Shown here: positions 1 through 13,864 of the stretch, piece after piece | Position numbering within the stretch: position 1 is the stretch's first letter | Layout: the number at the start of each line of letters is the position of its first letter | Assembly: GCF_009914755.1 (NCBI RefSeq) | Contig: NC_060925.1 | Direction: 5' to 3' (one strand) | Length of the DNA: 64,000 nucleotides | Source of the DNA: the human T2T-CHM13v2.0 reference genome, Homo sapiens | Program-made: the position numbers and the translations under genes | Notes under the pieces: generated by a model | Database searches by the model: none | What the model saw: the letters and a program-made list of their open reading frames with translations, nothing else | What the model was told of the DNA's origin: nothing

Positions 1-639
1 GTTCTTCAATAAGCCACAGCTTAAAATTGCAGAAACCGTCCCTCAGGGACACATCACTAGCAGATGCAGATTGCCAAGGTCAATTAAACTGATGTAGCTG
101 TGCTGTCACATATGTAAAAGAGAAACCCACAAGCATATGACAAGTATATTTCTCAGTTTTTATAAAAAGATGTCAAGAATGTTATATTTTAGTACACAAA
201 TATAAATTAATTCTCCATAAACAATAAAACAATACAACAGATATCATAATGAAGAAGGATTATTAGTATTCTTTGGAGAGTTTGATGTGTTATAAAACAA
301 TGGGGGGAATAAAAACTTTCAACATTTACAATAAAATGATACCTTGAAAACATAGATGAATTCATCTATGTCCTTGTTGTTTAATTTTACATAACCTATC
401 ACCCACTAGGACCAAATCACAATGAAACTAAAAGGTGTGCTGAGGCAGTAATCTCAGTAATTCAGCGCTGAAAGCAAAATCTCAGCAAGATCAAAATAAA
501 TTCTAATTACAAGGCCAGGATATCAGAGTTCTGTTTAAATAGAATAACCTGGGGTAAGGAAGGGCCAGAACCAGAGAATGCCTCCAACTAAGAATATCAA
601 GTCTGGATGGCTTGAGCTTTGTCTTCACATCTCCCTTCC

Positions 640-2190
640 ACTTCTCAGTACTTTAATCAGTATGCTCTCCACAATGAAGATTCATTGTTTTCCTTCTGCC
701 AGTCTCTCAGAAGATAACCTTGATTCTGTACCTTCCTGCTCCTCCAGGTCCTCAAACACTGTCTCTTACTCTTTTCAGTATATTGTATGTGTCATTTTCT
801 CCTCTCCTCTCCAATTTGAAAAAAACTTTGTTTTTGACATGGTTATCTTTTCTCACTGCCATTCTTATATCTTCCTTTACCCAATTTCTCGGTCATATAC
901 TTGGACTGCTTACTTGTCTCACCACCAAATTATTCCTTGAATGAAAGTATGGTCTCCACGGTCACCAAATTCTGTGACCTTAGTCTTCAGCTCTTTTGCC
1001 TTTCTGTAGCATCCAACAGTTGAATGGCATTAATTTTGATCTTTTTTGATTTGCAGAATGCTCCTCTACCCTGGCTCTGCTTATCTTTAAACTGTCCTTC
1101 TTGGGCTCTAGCCCCTCTTCACCTCTTCATTTTCCTCTTCTCAGCTCTCAAATATTCAGTCCACTGCACTTTCTCTGTCAGAAATCATAGTCATTTAGGG
1201 CCTTCAATTTCATCTCTATAAAGATGGCCTCGAACTCTCCCTTGAGTTCTTCCTTTTATTCTGGAACTTCTGGATGCCTGTTTAAGATTATAACCTGTAT
1301 GCTCTAATGTCCCTTCCAAATCATCACATCCAAAACTCAGTTCACAAGCTTCCCCTGGGCCTTCCCACCTCATGATTTATTATTGGTGACCTTACTCTTT
1401 CATTTCCTCCACTCATTGTGAACACGTCTTACCTTTGCTTCACTCCTCAAAACTTCTATAGACTTGACTCCTTTCTCTTGCCCCCACTGTCAGGAGAAGG
1501 CCTTGTCCCACAATTCACAGAGAATATAAAAGCCATCACATGGGAACTCTCTTTTCTTCCCATCAGCAAAACTACAAACCTACTGGATCTATACCTTCGC
1601 TCTCTCTCTCTTCCTTTTTAATACCACTAAGGAACTCTCCCTACTATCAGAAGCCATTCTCTCCACATGGGCCCAAGAATCCTCTCCTCTGACCTGGTAG
1701 GAATTTTGCCCCTGACACTATATCCACTCTCTTCTCTATTACCAGCCACTCTCTACAAATTAGAGGTTTCCCATATGTAGGTACATACATGTACAGTAGT
1801 ACCTCCCAATTTAAAACCATTCCACATCTGCATTTGACTCCAAAGCTTCACTAAACCTCTTTTCACTGATATGATTAATTGGTTCCAGGTCGCCAAGTCC
1901 AGTGATTCTTCTCAGTGATCATCTTGCTTCAGAGCCTGAAATAGGGTGAGGTGAGTGAGGCAGACAAAGAACAAAATTTAAGGAGGTCCTTACTCTCAGG
2001 GTCATGCAAAGGCAAAGTTGTTGGACAGGCACCTAAGGTGCCTCCCCCTTGTTGTGCTCCTTGATTTCTCAGCAAAATTCAACAGATAACCACTTCCTCC
2101 TCATGAAAGTCTTTTAGCCTGGCTTCTGTGACATCATACTTTCTGCTTTCCACCTGTCCTCATGATGCATTTTTAATAGTCATTGCTGCT
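640..2190 (+). mobile_element. Old L2 fragments
   Basis: CT-rich L2-type phrases (GCCAAGTCCAGTG..TTCTCAGT, GATAACCACTTCCTCCTC). Boundaries approximate. Confidence 0.55.
1930..2060 (+). mobile_element. MER96-like hAT MITE relic
   Basis: CAGAGCCTGAAATAGGGTGAGGTGAGTGAGGC..CAAAATTTAAGGAGG. Confidence 0.55.
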
Positions 2191-2208
2191 TTTTTCTATT
2201 CCCTTTTT

Positions 2209-3168
2209 TTTTATTTTATTTTATTATGATTTTTTTCTTTTTTTTATTATACTTTAAGTTTTAGGGTACATGTGCACATTGTGCAGGTTAGTTACATATG
2301 TATACATGTGCCATGCTGGTGTGCTGCACCCACTAACTCGTCATCTAGCATTAGGTATATCTCCCAATGCTATCCCTCCCCCCTCCCCCCACCCCACAAC
2401 AGTCCCCAGAGTGTGATATTCCCCTTCCTGTGTCCATGTGATCTCATTGTTCAATTCCCACCTATGAGTGAGAATATGTGGTGTTTGGTTTTTTGTTCTT
2501 GCGATAGTTTACTGAGAATGATGATTTCCAATTTCATCCATGTCCCTACAAAAGACATGAACTCATCATTTTTTATGGCTGCATAGTATTCCATGGTGTA
2601 TATGTGCCACATTTTCTTAATCCAGTCTATCATTGTTGGACATTTGGGTTGGTTCCAAGTCTTTGCTATTGTGAATAATGTCGCAATAAACATACATGTG
2701 CATGTGTCTTTATAGCAGCATGATTTATAGTCCTTTGGGTATATACCCAGTAATGGGATGGCTGGGTCAAATGGTATTTCCAGTTCTAGATCCCTGAGGA
2801 ATTGCCACACTGACTTCCACAATGGTTGAACTAGTTTACAGTCCCACCAACAGTGTAAAAGTGTTCCTATTTCTCCACATCCTCTCCAGCACCTGTTGTT
2901 TCCTGACTTTTTAATGATTGCCATTCTAACTGGTGTGAGGTGGTATCTCATTGTGGTTTTGATTTGCATTTCTCTGATGGCCAGTGATGATGAGCATTTT
3001 TTCATGTGTTTTTTGGCTGCATAAATGTCTTCTTTTGAGAAGTGTCTGTTCATGTCCTTCGCCCACTTTTTGATGGGGCTGTTTGTTTTTTTCTTGTAAA
3101 TTTGTTTGAGTTCATTGTAGATTCTGGATATTAGCCCTTTGTCAGATGAGTAGGTTGCGAAAATTTTC
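2209..3168 (-). mobile_element. 5'-truncated young L1 (L1PA2-like), ORF2 C-terminus plus 3'UTR
   Basis: ORF 2451-3053 is the L1 ORF2p C-terminus (..[21 protein letters not shown]). 3'UTR diagnostics are GAG/A rather than the L1HS ACA/G. TSD TTTTCTATTCCCTTTTT at 2192-2208 and 3164-3180. Confidence 0.95.
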
Positions 3169-3180
3169 TATTCCCTTTTT

Positions 3181-3494
3181 CTTTTCTTTTTTTTTTTTTT
3201 TTTTTTGAGGAGTCTCACTCTGCCGCCCAGTCTGGAGTGCAGTGGCATGACCTCCGCTCACTGTAACCTCCACCTACTAGGTTCAAGTGATCAAGTGATT
3301 CTCGTGCTTCAGCCTCCCAAGTAGCTGGGATTACAGGCGCTTGTCACCACGCACAGCTAATTTTTGTATTTTTAGTAGGGATGGGGTTTCAGCAGGTTGG
3401 CCAGGCTGGTCTCAAACTCCTGACCTCAAGTGATTTACCAGCCTCGGCCTCCCAAAGTGCTGGAATTACAGGCATGAGCCATCGCATCTGGTCC
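3181..3494 (-). mobile_element. AluS (Sx/Sz-like)
   Basis: Full dimer with poly(T) at left and an internal 8-bp duplication TCAAGTGA-TCAAGTGA. Flanked by ATTCCCTT. Confidence 0.93.
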
Positions 3495-5724
3495 CATTCC
3501 CTTCTTCAAAACTAAAAATAGAGCTTACAAATCTTAGTATAATCCATGAATCTTGTTTCCAAATATATCAACATCCAGTCAGTTAACATGTTGTGCCAAT
3601 CCATCCAATGAAAATTTTATCCTAGTTACTTCTTACATTCCATTAACATCACTGTCAACTAAAGAAGAATGTTAGAAAAAATAATCAATCAGCACTTATG
3701 GATCTCTAGTACATGGCAGGCATACTGCTGGATATTTCCATAGAATATCTTATTAGATCACAAAAGAACCCTTGAAGGTGGATATTATCATCCTCAATAA
3801 AGCCAAGAGGTGGCAGAGGCAGTATTTGAATCCAATTATTTCATCTCCAAAGTCCTGCTGCTTCTGACTTTGGGTGTGGGGGCAAGAGAAAGCCAGAATA
3901 AATAGACTCTCCACAGTCTCATAAAATTCAGCATTGGGGATCATGGGAATAACTAAAGTGAAGACAGGAACAGCAAAGAATTCTAGTCTTGGCTAGCTTC
4001 ACAGATTCAGCCTTGAGAGCATCCTTTCCAATGAAACCTTTTTCCCCCCCTTTCTAGTGAATTAACCACTAACGACTTTCTGTTACGCTAGGCACTATGT
4101 GACTTTATTTCAAGTATTTGTTTTACCTCTACTACTCCTAAGTTCAGATAACTTATTTAAGTCAGCTACTTCCCCCCAGCATCTAGCATATAATTGGCAT
4201 ATAAGGGGAATCTAGTATATGTTTTTTGGTCAAAAAATGTAGTATTTGTCCATTCCATTTATTTAGCATTCATATTATTCTGTCTTAGTTATTTTTCTTG
4301 TAGATCTTATTTTCACAATTAGTCAGTTCATCATGTGGAGAAAAAGTATTTCTACACTGACAAACATACTGACTAGGGAAGAATGGGCACATAGTGAATT
4401 TCTTTTGATCAATTTAAATATCTGATTTTCCTACTGCTATGGTTAGATAATTTTCAGTTTGAATATGCTAGTAGAATTCAGTCAGGGTAAAATACAGATC
4501 TGATCTTCTCCCTCACCCTATTCAGGATAAACTTAGGCTCCCCAAGTTGAATGGAAACGATGGATGTCAATAATAGCCTATAGCAACTCCTTTTGTGTTA
4601 TTTGTATTCTATTGGAAGTTTCATTTCCACTTCCTAAACTGACCAACAAACCAATTCAGAATTAAAATAGTCCAAGCACTTCACCTTGATCTGCTTATGT
4701 CTCTGAAATAATTCTATCTATTTAAGACGCTGAACTCCTTGAACATTGGATTTCATTTTACCTGGAAGAGATCTCCTCCAGGAGGTCAGTGTCCTTGAAG
4801 TAAATATATGGGAATTGTTTTCAAATTCTCTGTTGGATTCCCAAATGCTGTACTTTGATTTGCTTATTTATATTCAATGATACCATCTCTTTAAGACTGC
4901 AAACTGCTTGAAGGAATAGATCATCCTTTAATCTGGTTTGGACCATAATCATTATAATTCTATGCACATTTGGGTGCTTAATATTTCTTGATAATTATGA
5001 GATAGTGAAAAAATAGCGTATTGAAATATTTTTTGTATACTTCTCAGCAAACAAAATTTTTTAAATGCTCAATTATGTCATCAAATGATATAAACAATTA
5101 CTGAAAGGGGTTAAGAAAAATGTTTCATATAAAATTCCCATTTGCTGCATTTAACGGAAAAATAAAAACAAATAGGAAACCAGTAGTAAATTATACTACT
5201 TGTGAAAACAATATTATTAAAATATAAGTGAACACTGAAAAATATTTTAATTAACAAAATAAATCAAATGGAAAAGATTCCCTAAATAGAGCTTTAAAAG
5301 TAAGTCTATGTGTGTCTGACTGCCATGACTAATTATGTATCCATGTAATGTGTGTTCAATTTGGGCTTATTTAAATAGCAGAAATGCTCATTAGCTGCAG
5401 TATATCTGTGAAGCTTCAGTAAACAGTTTAATGGTTTTTATGTTTAACCAATTTCATAAGTTCCTGTAATTTTAGCTTTAGCAGCTCATTAATGTTATTT
5501 TTTGATATCCATCTTACGGCTTTTTTTTTTCCTTGTCAATCGTCAGTAGGCACACTTCAATGCAAACTTAAAACACACAGTAGAATTTTGTTTAAACAAT
5601 TTTAGTACATAAGTAAATGTGCAATTCAAAAGTATAGTTTCTTTATATAGAGAACTAGCTGTATTATCATGCACTCAAAAAATATCAACATTGGCAAAGG
5701 CTATATCTAATGGGGATAAAACTA

Positions 5725-5890
5725 TAATAATGGAAAACATTTATTGAGCGCTTTCATCAGCATGTAGCTGGCTCTAGGCTAGGCACTGTATATACTATCT
5801 CTTTGGATCCTCACAAAATAGGTATAACTCAATTTTATAGTTGAGGAATGTGAGATTGAGATAAGTTACCAAGGTCACACCCTTAGGATT
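5725..5890 (-). mobile_element. MIR
   Basis: AACATTTATTGAGCGCTT..ATCCTCACAA..TTTTATAGTTGAGGAA..CCAAGGTCACAC. Confidence 0.7.
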
Positions 5891-6419
5891 TAAACCTCAC
5901 TAGAAATTAACTACATATGTAGTTGGAAAATGCCTGAAAAATCCACAGAAGCATTTGGAGATACACACCTAGACCTCAGATGAAGGCACTGCAACTTGGG
6001 ATCAAATAAATCACAAGGCTGGGTAAAGTTTCCAAAGAAAGAGTGCAAAAACAGGTGACAATAGAATCATCCACTTATTTTTAAAGTGTCAGCAAGCATA
6101 ACCTGAACTAAAGCTAGAGAATAATTCCTCAGAGTTACGTGAGAATCAAAATATTTCTAAGCCACAAAAGCCAAGTAAAGAGGTAAATTCAACAAGTATT
6201 AAATACAAAAGAAATATAATGTAGGTAAATAGATTGATGACGTGGAGGTCAATGAACCGTAAAAAGGTGACACTTGCAGTTAAATAGTAAAGGCAAAAAA
6301 CAGAATTCTGAAGTTATGGACAAAGTATCTGGCAAAGACATAAGACAGTGTACACAAGCTATTCTTCCCAGGTGTTTCATAATTTTTAATAGGAAAAAAA
6401 GCAAGGCATTACCTTGCCT

Positions 6420-7100
6420 TCATTCATTCAATTAGCAAAAAAAAAAAAAAAAAATTGTTTTTGGTCTCTCATGTATTACATCCTGCTGCAGGCACCGTAG
6501 TAAACCACAGATAAGAGACCCATCCTTGTGTGTTGTAAATTTCATCTGGCAGAAGATAAAAAATGAAAAGTAAATAAGTAAGTGAACTATATGATAGTGA
6601 AAATGGTTATGAATAGGGTTACATGAAAGAGACTAGTACAAGATGAGGGATGTGAGAAGCAGAAGGGGTGCTTTAGATCATAGCAATTATGGAGGGTCAG
6701 AGAGCGCCTCTTTGATGAGATGCCATCAGAGCTAAAACATAAAGGATAAGAATGAACCAGTCACGTGATGACTTAGAGGCAGATTATTCCAAGAAGCGGG
6801 AACAGTGGCAAGGGTGTTAAGGATGAGATGCAGTTATAGCACGTGAGGAGTAGAAGGAAGGTTTTATGTGGGTGAAGGAAAGCAAGTGAGACAAGAGAGG
6901 AAGTCTGAGAAATAGGCAGGGGCCAAACCAAGGAGTGTGTTAGAAACTGTAGTAAGAAGTTTGTTACAATAAAATAGGACAGCATTTGTAGATTTAGAAC
7001 AACAACAAAAAAGAAATTAAATAATCTCTGTTTAGAAGCTCATTCTGGTAGGATTATATGGAAGTGAGAGTAGAAGCAGGATGACCAGTCTTAGGAAACC
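6420..7100 (-). mobile_element. L2 fragment
   Basis: CATTCATTCA 3' terminus followed by purine-rich L2 antisense phrases. Confidence 0.6.
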
Positions 7101-8605
7101 ATTCTCAATGCAAAGAGAAAGCATCCAGCGTCTGACCATTCCCTGAACAGAAGGAGGGCTGGCTGGCCTTCATGACACCTCACAAATACAACACTTTCAC
7201 ATGATTTTGCCCTTACTGTTAATTTTCAGTACAGACATTTAGAATAAGTCACTTCATTCTTTTCATTCAACCATTTATTCATCTCTTCACTCATTCATCC
7301 ATTTGGTGAATATTTATTGAGTTAAGGACTGTGCTGGATCTTTGGGTTAAAATATAAATAAAGTACCCTGCAGTGGTACTGTCAATATACTTCAGAATAT
7401 GTAAGATATACAGAGTGAAATAGAAGAGCAAGAATCAAAAAGGAGAAGCATATTTAACTACATGGTCCCTATATGTGTGTAGCAAACATATTTAATCTAC
7501 GTGCCTCTTTAGATTTCCAGTACCACAATTCTGGAATAAAATTCACATAGTTAAACACTAAAAACATTTCATGAATTAGCAATGATATGTTTTTCCACCC
7601 TTACTCTATTATTTCGCATATACCTTATAATCTAGACGAAGAAACTCCCCCATGTATTCATCCAGCCTGTTTACTATAACTGGAATGGGCTTTCAATCCC
7701 TGTCTCTGTTCTCCTAATTCCTACCCAATCCTCAACTATTATAAATGTCACTGCCTCCACAAAACCTTTTAATTCTTGCTGCTGCAAGTCATCTCTCTAC
7801 CCTGTATGTTACACCAGAAATTTATCTGTTTCTCCTGAGTCACTTTCTACCTAAAGGTAACTTTATTTGCATGCATCTTTCCTCCTTTATTAGACTGCAA
7901 GCTCCTGCAGATGGGGACAATGTATTCATTTTTGTGAACTTTAGAGAACCTAAAAGAATCTTGTATAATTAATACAAAACACATATAATAAATACAGAAT
8001 GAAAGAATGGGAAGTAACATCCCACAAGTATGTAGGAGGGCAGATTAGTAGGATGTCAAAATTAAATTGAAGCATTTGGTTTTAATCCCACCATCAGGGA
8101 AGAATAGTTTTAGATTCCAAAGTATGAGAGTAATGTGATGAGACTGGTGATGTAAAGTTCATTTGGCATCAGTATGCAAATACAGGGAGAAACACTGGGT
8201 CATGTTAAACCAAATGAATTGTAAATACACTTTGAGGAGGGCTTGGAAAATCACTGGATATTTGGCAAACACTTACTATGCAACATGCTTGCCATTCTTT
8301 CACATACTTGTATGGAAAAAATGGTCAGGTAAGTCTTGAAAACACTTTAAAGAGCTTTAGAATTACAAAATATAACAAGTATGGTTGTTAAAGAGGAAAA
8401 AAAGATTAGCACTGGTTAGCATTAATCCACATACTGTTAGGCAGGATCCCCAAATGGATGTTAACATTAATACTGGTTTCCTCCTCCAACAATGGCAGTA
8501 TATTACATTTGAATTGAGTAGCTTCCATATTTTGGGAGTAGATATTGAATAAGATTTAATGTAATTTTCTAATTTATACAATAGCATATATGCAGATCAA
8601 TGTCT

Positions 8606-8896
8606 TATTTTTTTGAGATGGAGTCTCACTCTGTTGCCCAGGCCAGAGTGCAGTGGCATGATCTTGGCTCGCTGCAACCTCTGCCTCCTGGGTTCAAGTG
8701 ATTCTCCTGCCTCAGCCCCCCCGAGTAGCTGGGATTACAGGTGTGCGCCATTACACCTGGCTAATTTTTGTTTTTTCAGTAGAGACAGGGTTTCACCATG
8801 TTGGCCAGCTGGTCTCAAACTCCTGACCTCAAGTGATCCACCTGCCTCAGCCGCCCAAAGTGCTGGGATTACAGGCGTGAGCCACCATGCCCGGCC
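8606..8896 (-). mobile_element. AluS (Sx/Sz-like)
   Basis: TTTGAGATGGAGTCTCACTCTG...GAGCCACCATGCCCGGCC. Confidence 0.95.
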
Positions 8897-11229
8897 AAAT
8901 ATCTAATTTAACCAGAGTATTTTAGATAGGGATGTTGTCCTATTTATATTGTGCTTTGAGTCAAGAACAGAAACACAAAGTAATTAACAATAATAATCTC
9001 ACTCTGCAATACAAAATACATATAATTAAGAACCTTACTATACTCTATATTATCATTTTATAGTTTAATTAAATCTTACATCTTGATTTTACATCTCACA
9101 GCGGCTTAGTTTTAGTTTAACATTTCACCAGCATGTTAGGTTTCAGAATAACCTTTTACTATACTATAAGCTAACTAGTTTTTAAAATAAAAATATTATA
9201 GGCTGTGGTCAATAAAGCTCAGTTTATCTATTACACTCACCGTATCTATTACATTAAATACATCTATTACACTCACTGTGTGTTCAAAACCATTGGCTAT
9301 GTTTTATGATTTCTGTTCTCTGAAACAATTACGTTATTTTTTCCCATTTTCTACCTTCTTTCCCTAACAAAACTTGTTACATGCCACTGCTCTACTTCTT
9401 GTATGTAATCTTCAATTTGATGGAAAACTACTGATTTATCCACTGTCTCCCTGTAAGAATGCATATGATATCAACCAGTAGTGAAACCTGGAAAATAAAG
9501 ATAAGGAAAGGCTCTGAGCAGAGCTATTCACTGGGGAAACAAACCTATTCCTATGCAGTTATTAGAGGGAAGTAAAATAATTACAGAAATATCATGTTGT
9601 GCTTCAAATGGATATCTAAGGCAGATGTAAGTGATGTGGTGTTGATTCCCAATCACTTTCAACACTGTTATCAGTTTGACCTCCATCCTCATCACCTCCA
9701 CCCTTTCAAAATAATTCCAAAGAAAACCTGTGCAAGGATTCCATTAGTTTGGATAGTTATTCTGCAGAAATGCCAGTACTTACACTAGATTCCACCACTT
9801 CATCCTCACCCTGCACAACATATTTCGTAATAGAAAGATGATAAATCTTTCAACCAAGCAAAAATACTTCTGATAATCAGAACAATTTTTGAAACATGTA
9901 CAGTGTTTCAGTTAGGTTCCTGAAAATTCTTCTTGCCCAAAATATAATTAAAGGCAAAGCACTGTACAAAGAAGGCAAAAATAGTTCATTTTCATCATTT
10001 CGCAATCGGTACACAGGATCTATCAATGTTATTATTCAGGCATTTTAAAACAACATGGCAGCACATGAGGAATCATGTGTGTTATTAAAAAGCGAACAGG
10101 TGGTAGAGAGAGTACCATGGAATAAAACTGTCCCTTCATGTCATAACCTCCTTAAAATATTTACCATCAGGAAATCAACAGTAACAAAAGCTGACCTTTT
10201 TTCTCTTCATATTATGGAATATGACAGGCTTCTGGATTTCCAGAATCAATGCCACATATACTCTTTAATCACACTCTTAAGAAGCTGTTATTTAAATGAT
10301 AGGCTACAACACCTTTCATTAATTAATTAAATCAATGAACAGCTCCTGCTGTAGGCATTAAGGTATAGTAGTGAAAAGACAGGAAGATGATGTGTACTAA
10401 TTCCCAATGTCTGTTTTCAGTCATTCTCTGTTTCCTTAGTTCTAGTCCCCTGCTTCAGTTGTTCAATAGCAAATCCAAATTCAACACACCACCATTTCAC
10501 TCAGATCTCTTCTATCTGTGAGTTCTGTCAGCACTATAAACACCTGTTTACCTCCCAGCTAGCTACCCCACATCCAATCTCTTTATCAAGCAGATAACCA
10601 AATCCTGACTATTCTACTTAAGAAATATATCTTGATTCCAAATTTTCTCCTGTATTTCCACTTCCTCTAACTTAGTCACGGTAACTACTGAAAAAATTAT
10701 TTTAATCCTTTAACTTGTCTTTCTTAATTCCAGGCCATCTTTCCCAAAATTACTGACACTGTAGTTCCACACTCCTGATGTTGCCTTCCATGTAAAGAAA
10801 CAATCATTTGTATAACAGTCAGGGTGTCGCATTGTACCTTTCTCGCCTCTCTCCAAAACACTAAAATAGAATCCAAATTAGTGAATCTGGAAGAAGAAAT
10901 AAGGCATATATAATCCACCCTGGTCAAACCTATAACTTGAGAGCTGCCCATCTGAGCATAGGTTCTCAGTCGCCCCTGATACTGAAAATGTTACTGGGTC
11001 AGCTTCTCATAACGGCATTTACTGTGTGGGATCATACCCTGTGACTGAATAACCACCTAATTCAGGTCACCAAATGTTAGAAAATGCATTTGCCTACTAA
11101 CATGAACCATCTCAAAATGTGGTTGCTTATTTTCTAACCCCCAACTATTTGAAGATTATTACAAATGGTGCACAATCCAAGCAGAGAGAAGGAAGCTCTA
11201 ACACCTGCTAGAATTACCTCATTCAAGAC

Positions 11230-11717
11230 AAAGAGCTCTTCCTTATTTAAACCTCCTCATTTGTCACCTGCATGTCTACAGCATAAAATTCAAAATCCCT
11301 ACTTTAGCATATAATCCTTTGACTCCACATATATTTTAGCCATATTTCCTGCCATCTTATCCCTACCTGCTCCCTACCCTTATGTAACCACACACCATCT
11401 GGTCCAGCAAAACAGAATGCCTCCCCGTTGTCTGGGCATATGAGGTCATTTTGTCGGCCCATACTTTTGTATATGATGTTCTCTGTAACAGGAAAACTCC
11501 TACTCAAGCTCTAAAACCCATTCCAAATGTGATCTCAAATTAGCACACTGTGTTGCTATATATGTATTTACATGTCTATTTCTCTCATTAGCCTATAGGT
11601 CCCTGAAGGGCAATGACTCTTTTACTTGTGTCTGTATTCCTAGTGCCTGAGTAGTGCCTGGAACACAGTTGTGCATCAAGAAATGTTCATTGCATGGTGA
11701 ATAATGAGAGAATGAAT
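11230..11717 (+). mobile_element. L2 3' fragment
   Basis: TAGTGCCTGGAACACAGT..AAATGTT..GAATGAAT terminus. Confidence 0.65.
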
Positions 11718-13753
11718 AGTAGAAATCATAAAATAAAAAGTTCTATTTAGAAATACAAATGAAAAATTCAGACCATCATTTACGAAGATGAGAACATGCA
11801 TGAAGTAAGTAGGCTGATGACAACTTTCTAAAGACATATATTTTTTACAGCTTTTTAAAATGACTGTAAAATGACTATTTAATCTAACAGTGCGGTGTTG
11901 AGCAAATTGCATAATCTCCCTGTGGCTTCCCTCCCTTCCACCCCCGTTCCACCTGGAAACTCCTACACATCACTCAGACTTCAATTTACAACCCACTTCC
12001 TCTAGGAAGCTTCCCTGAATGCTTAGACTCTGTTCTGTGCTTCCTCGGGAATCTAAACTTCTCAAAGTACAATTTATTGTAATTCTGAGCCTCCCCTGTT
12101 AAAATGTGCATTCTTGGAGGCAAAGTTTGCATTTCTCTTTTCACTACTTTATCCCTGAAACGTATCTTTAAAAAGAGTCTGCACTAGCCACCATACGTTA
12201 TTTAAAAACCTGTGAAGTGAGGGGATTAGAATATATGATCTCTAAGGTCCTTCTAGCACATTCAGAAATATAAATAAGGAAAATCCTAATGCAAGTTATT
12301 GTATTGTATCCAGTGTATTATACCGGACTGATTACTTTAGTTCTTAATGTTAGGTAAGAATGTCATTCATTCTTACTTATATTAATCCTTAATAAGTCCC
12401 TTCCTCTAATGTTTTGCCATTAGTCAAAAAGGTATCCTAATTAGCAATATAATGCAGTATTCTTTAATCTGTTCTTTGAAACTTCATTGTAAATATTTGT
12501 TTATTAAAATGCATGCAACAGTGAAAATTTGATGAATTATGATAGTTTCTCAAATTAGTATTCAATTTTTCCCCCTTCCCCTTTATTTTTGATATGAGAA
12601 ATTACGTAAGCTGAAGGTCATAAAGAGTGGTTAGTTGTTCAAAGAAAATTTTGCCACCAGTAGCTTCTATAAGATATGTTTTGTTGTTTGAAAAATAGAA
12701 CATGATGTTAACCAAAAACTGTGGTTTATTAAAATGTTCTAGCATTCTCAATTTCATTATAAATTACCAAATAAGTTACATTTTAATAAGGAGTAAATCA
12801 AATCAAACATACTGATTCCAGGTCTTTTAAAACATAGCTAACTACCATTTTTGAATACCTAAATAATATAATGCCAACATTAAAACATTTTTCATAGGCT
12901 CTTCCCAACACTTAAACAATTGAGAAAAGAAAAATGGACACATTTGAAAAATTCTTGAATTTTTGCATCGTAAGAATCTTAGCAGGCCATTTCTTGCCTA
13001 ACTGGCAATTTCTAGTTCTGAGTTAGGCCAGAACAAGGCAAATTAACCCATGGCCTGCACCTTTTCTCAGTATGGGGGCAAGTGAATCAAAGCTACACTC
13101 AAAGCTGCTATTGACAGAATGTTTGATTTACCCCATGAGGCTTTCAAAAACTTTTCTGAGGGCCTTCTAATAAGAGGAACTGATGAGTGATTTAAAAACC
13201 TTTTTTTTTTTCCTGCAAACACTCCCTTATGGAACTAACTGCAATCAATGTTATCAAGGGAGCTGATTTCTGAGAGTTGCATTTAAGATTCAGAACTATC
13301 TAGGTTTTGTGTTTCCTTGTTATCTCTAGTTCCCAGTGAGTGAGCAGAAAGAAAATGTAAGCAGTGGGTGAAGTACGTAAATTCCTTTCCTAACAGAAGG
13401 GTCGTATCTTCCCTGGCTGTGCCCTGAGCTCAGTCACCTTGTCTCCGCTCTACTGAGCAGTGTGGTGCAACATGATGCTGAGTCCCTCACCATTCATCCT
13501 AACATCTTCCTTCCCAAAACATGGGTTTTTAATCTTAGTTATGTAATCCCATAATTTTCAAGCATTTAAAATCTCAAACTCAGTTGAAAATTCAAAAGTG
13601 CCTTTCTTGTCTTAAAATACAAATGAATGATCCTTACACTAAACAAAAAAATGTGGTCCAATTTTCACCATTTCTAAGAGGAAGAACAAAAGTCATTTAA
13701 AAATATGTGCTTTTTACATACCTCATTTGCAGAAATTCAAAATGGAGATTTCT

Positions 13754-13864
13754 TTTTTTTTATTATACTTTAAGTTTTAGGGTACATATGCACAACGTGT
13801 AGGTTTGTTACGTATGTATACACGTGCCATGTTGGTGCGCTGCATCTGGATCAAGAAAATTTGG
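13754..13864 (-). mobile_element. Very short L1PA 3' end (~90 bp) plus a 21-bp inverted L1 fragment
   Basis: L1 3'-terminal sequence at 13754-13844. Perfect 16-bp TSD CAAAATGGAGATTTCT at 13738-13753 and 13865-13880. Endonuclease-type site TTTCT/AA. Confidence 0.9.

Noticed and set aside
578-940. 120-aa ORF and other short ORFs in L2/LTR/AT-rich DNA
   Set aside because: Low-complexity composition, no recognisable domain, overlap with old repeats.
2451-3053. 200-aa ORF as a protein-coding gene
   Set aside because: It is the C-terminus of L1 ORF2p in a 5'-truncated, promoterless copy.
8613-8906. Alu-derived ORFs (also at 23758, 26959, 27098, 27466, 28718, 28789, 33595, 38295, 45659-46049, 62777)
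   Set aside because: Typical Alu translation products with no evidence of coding function.
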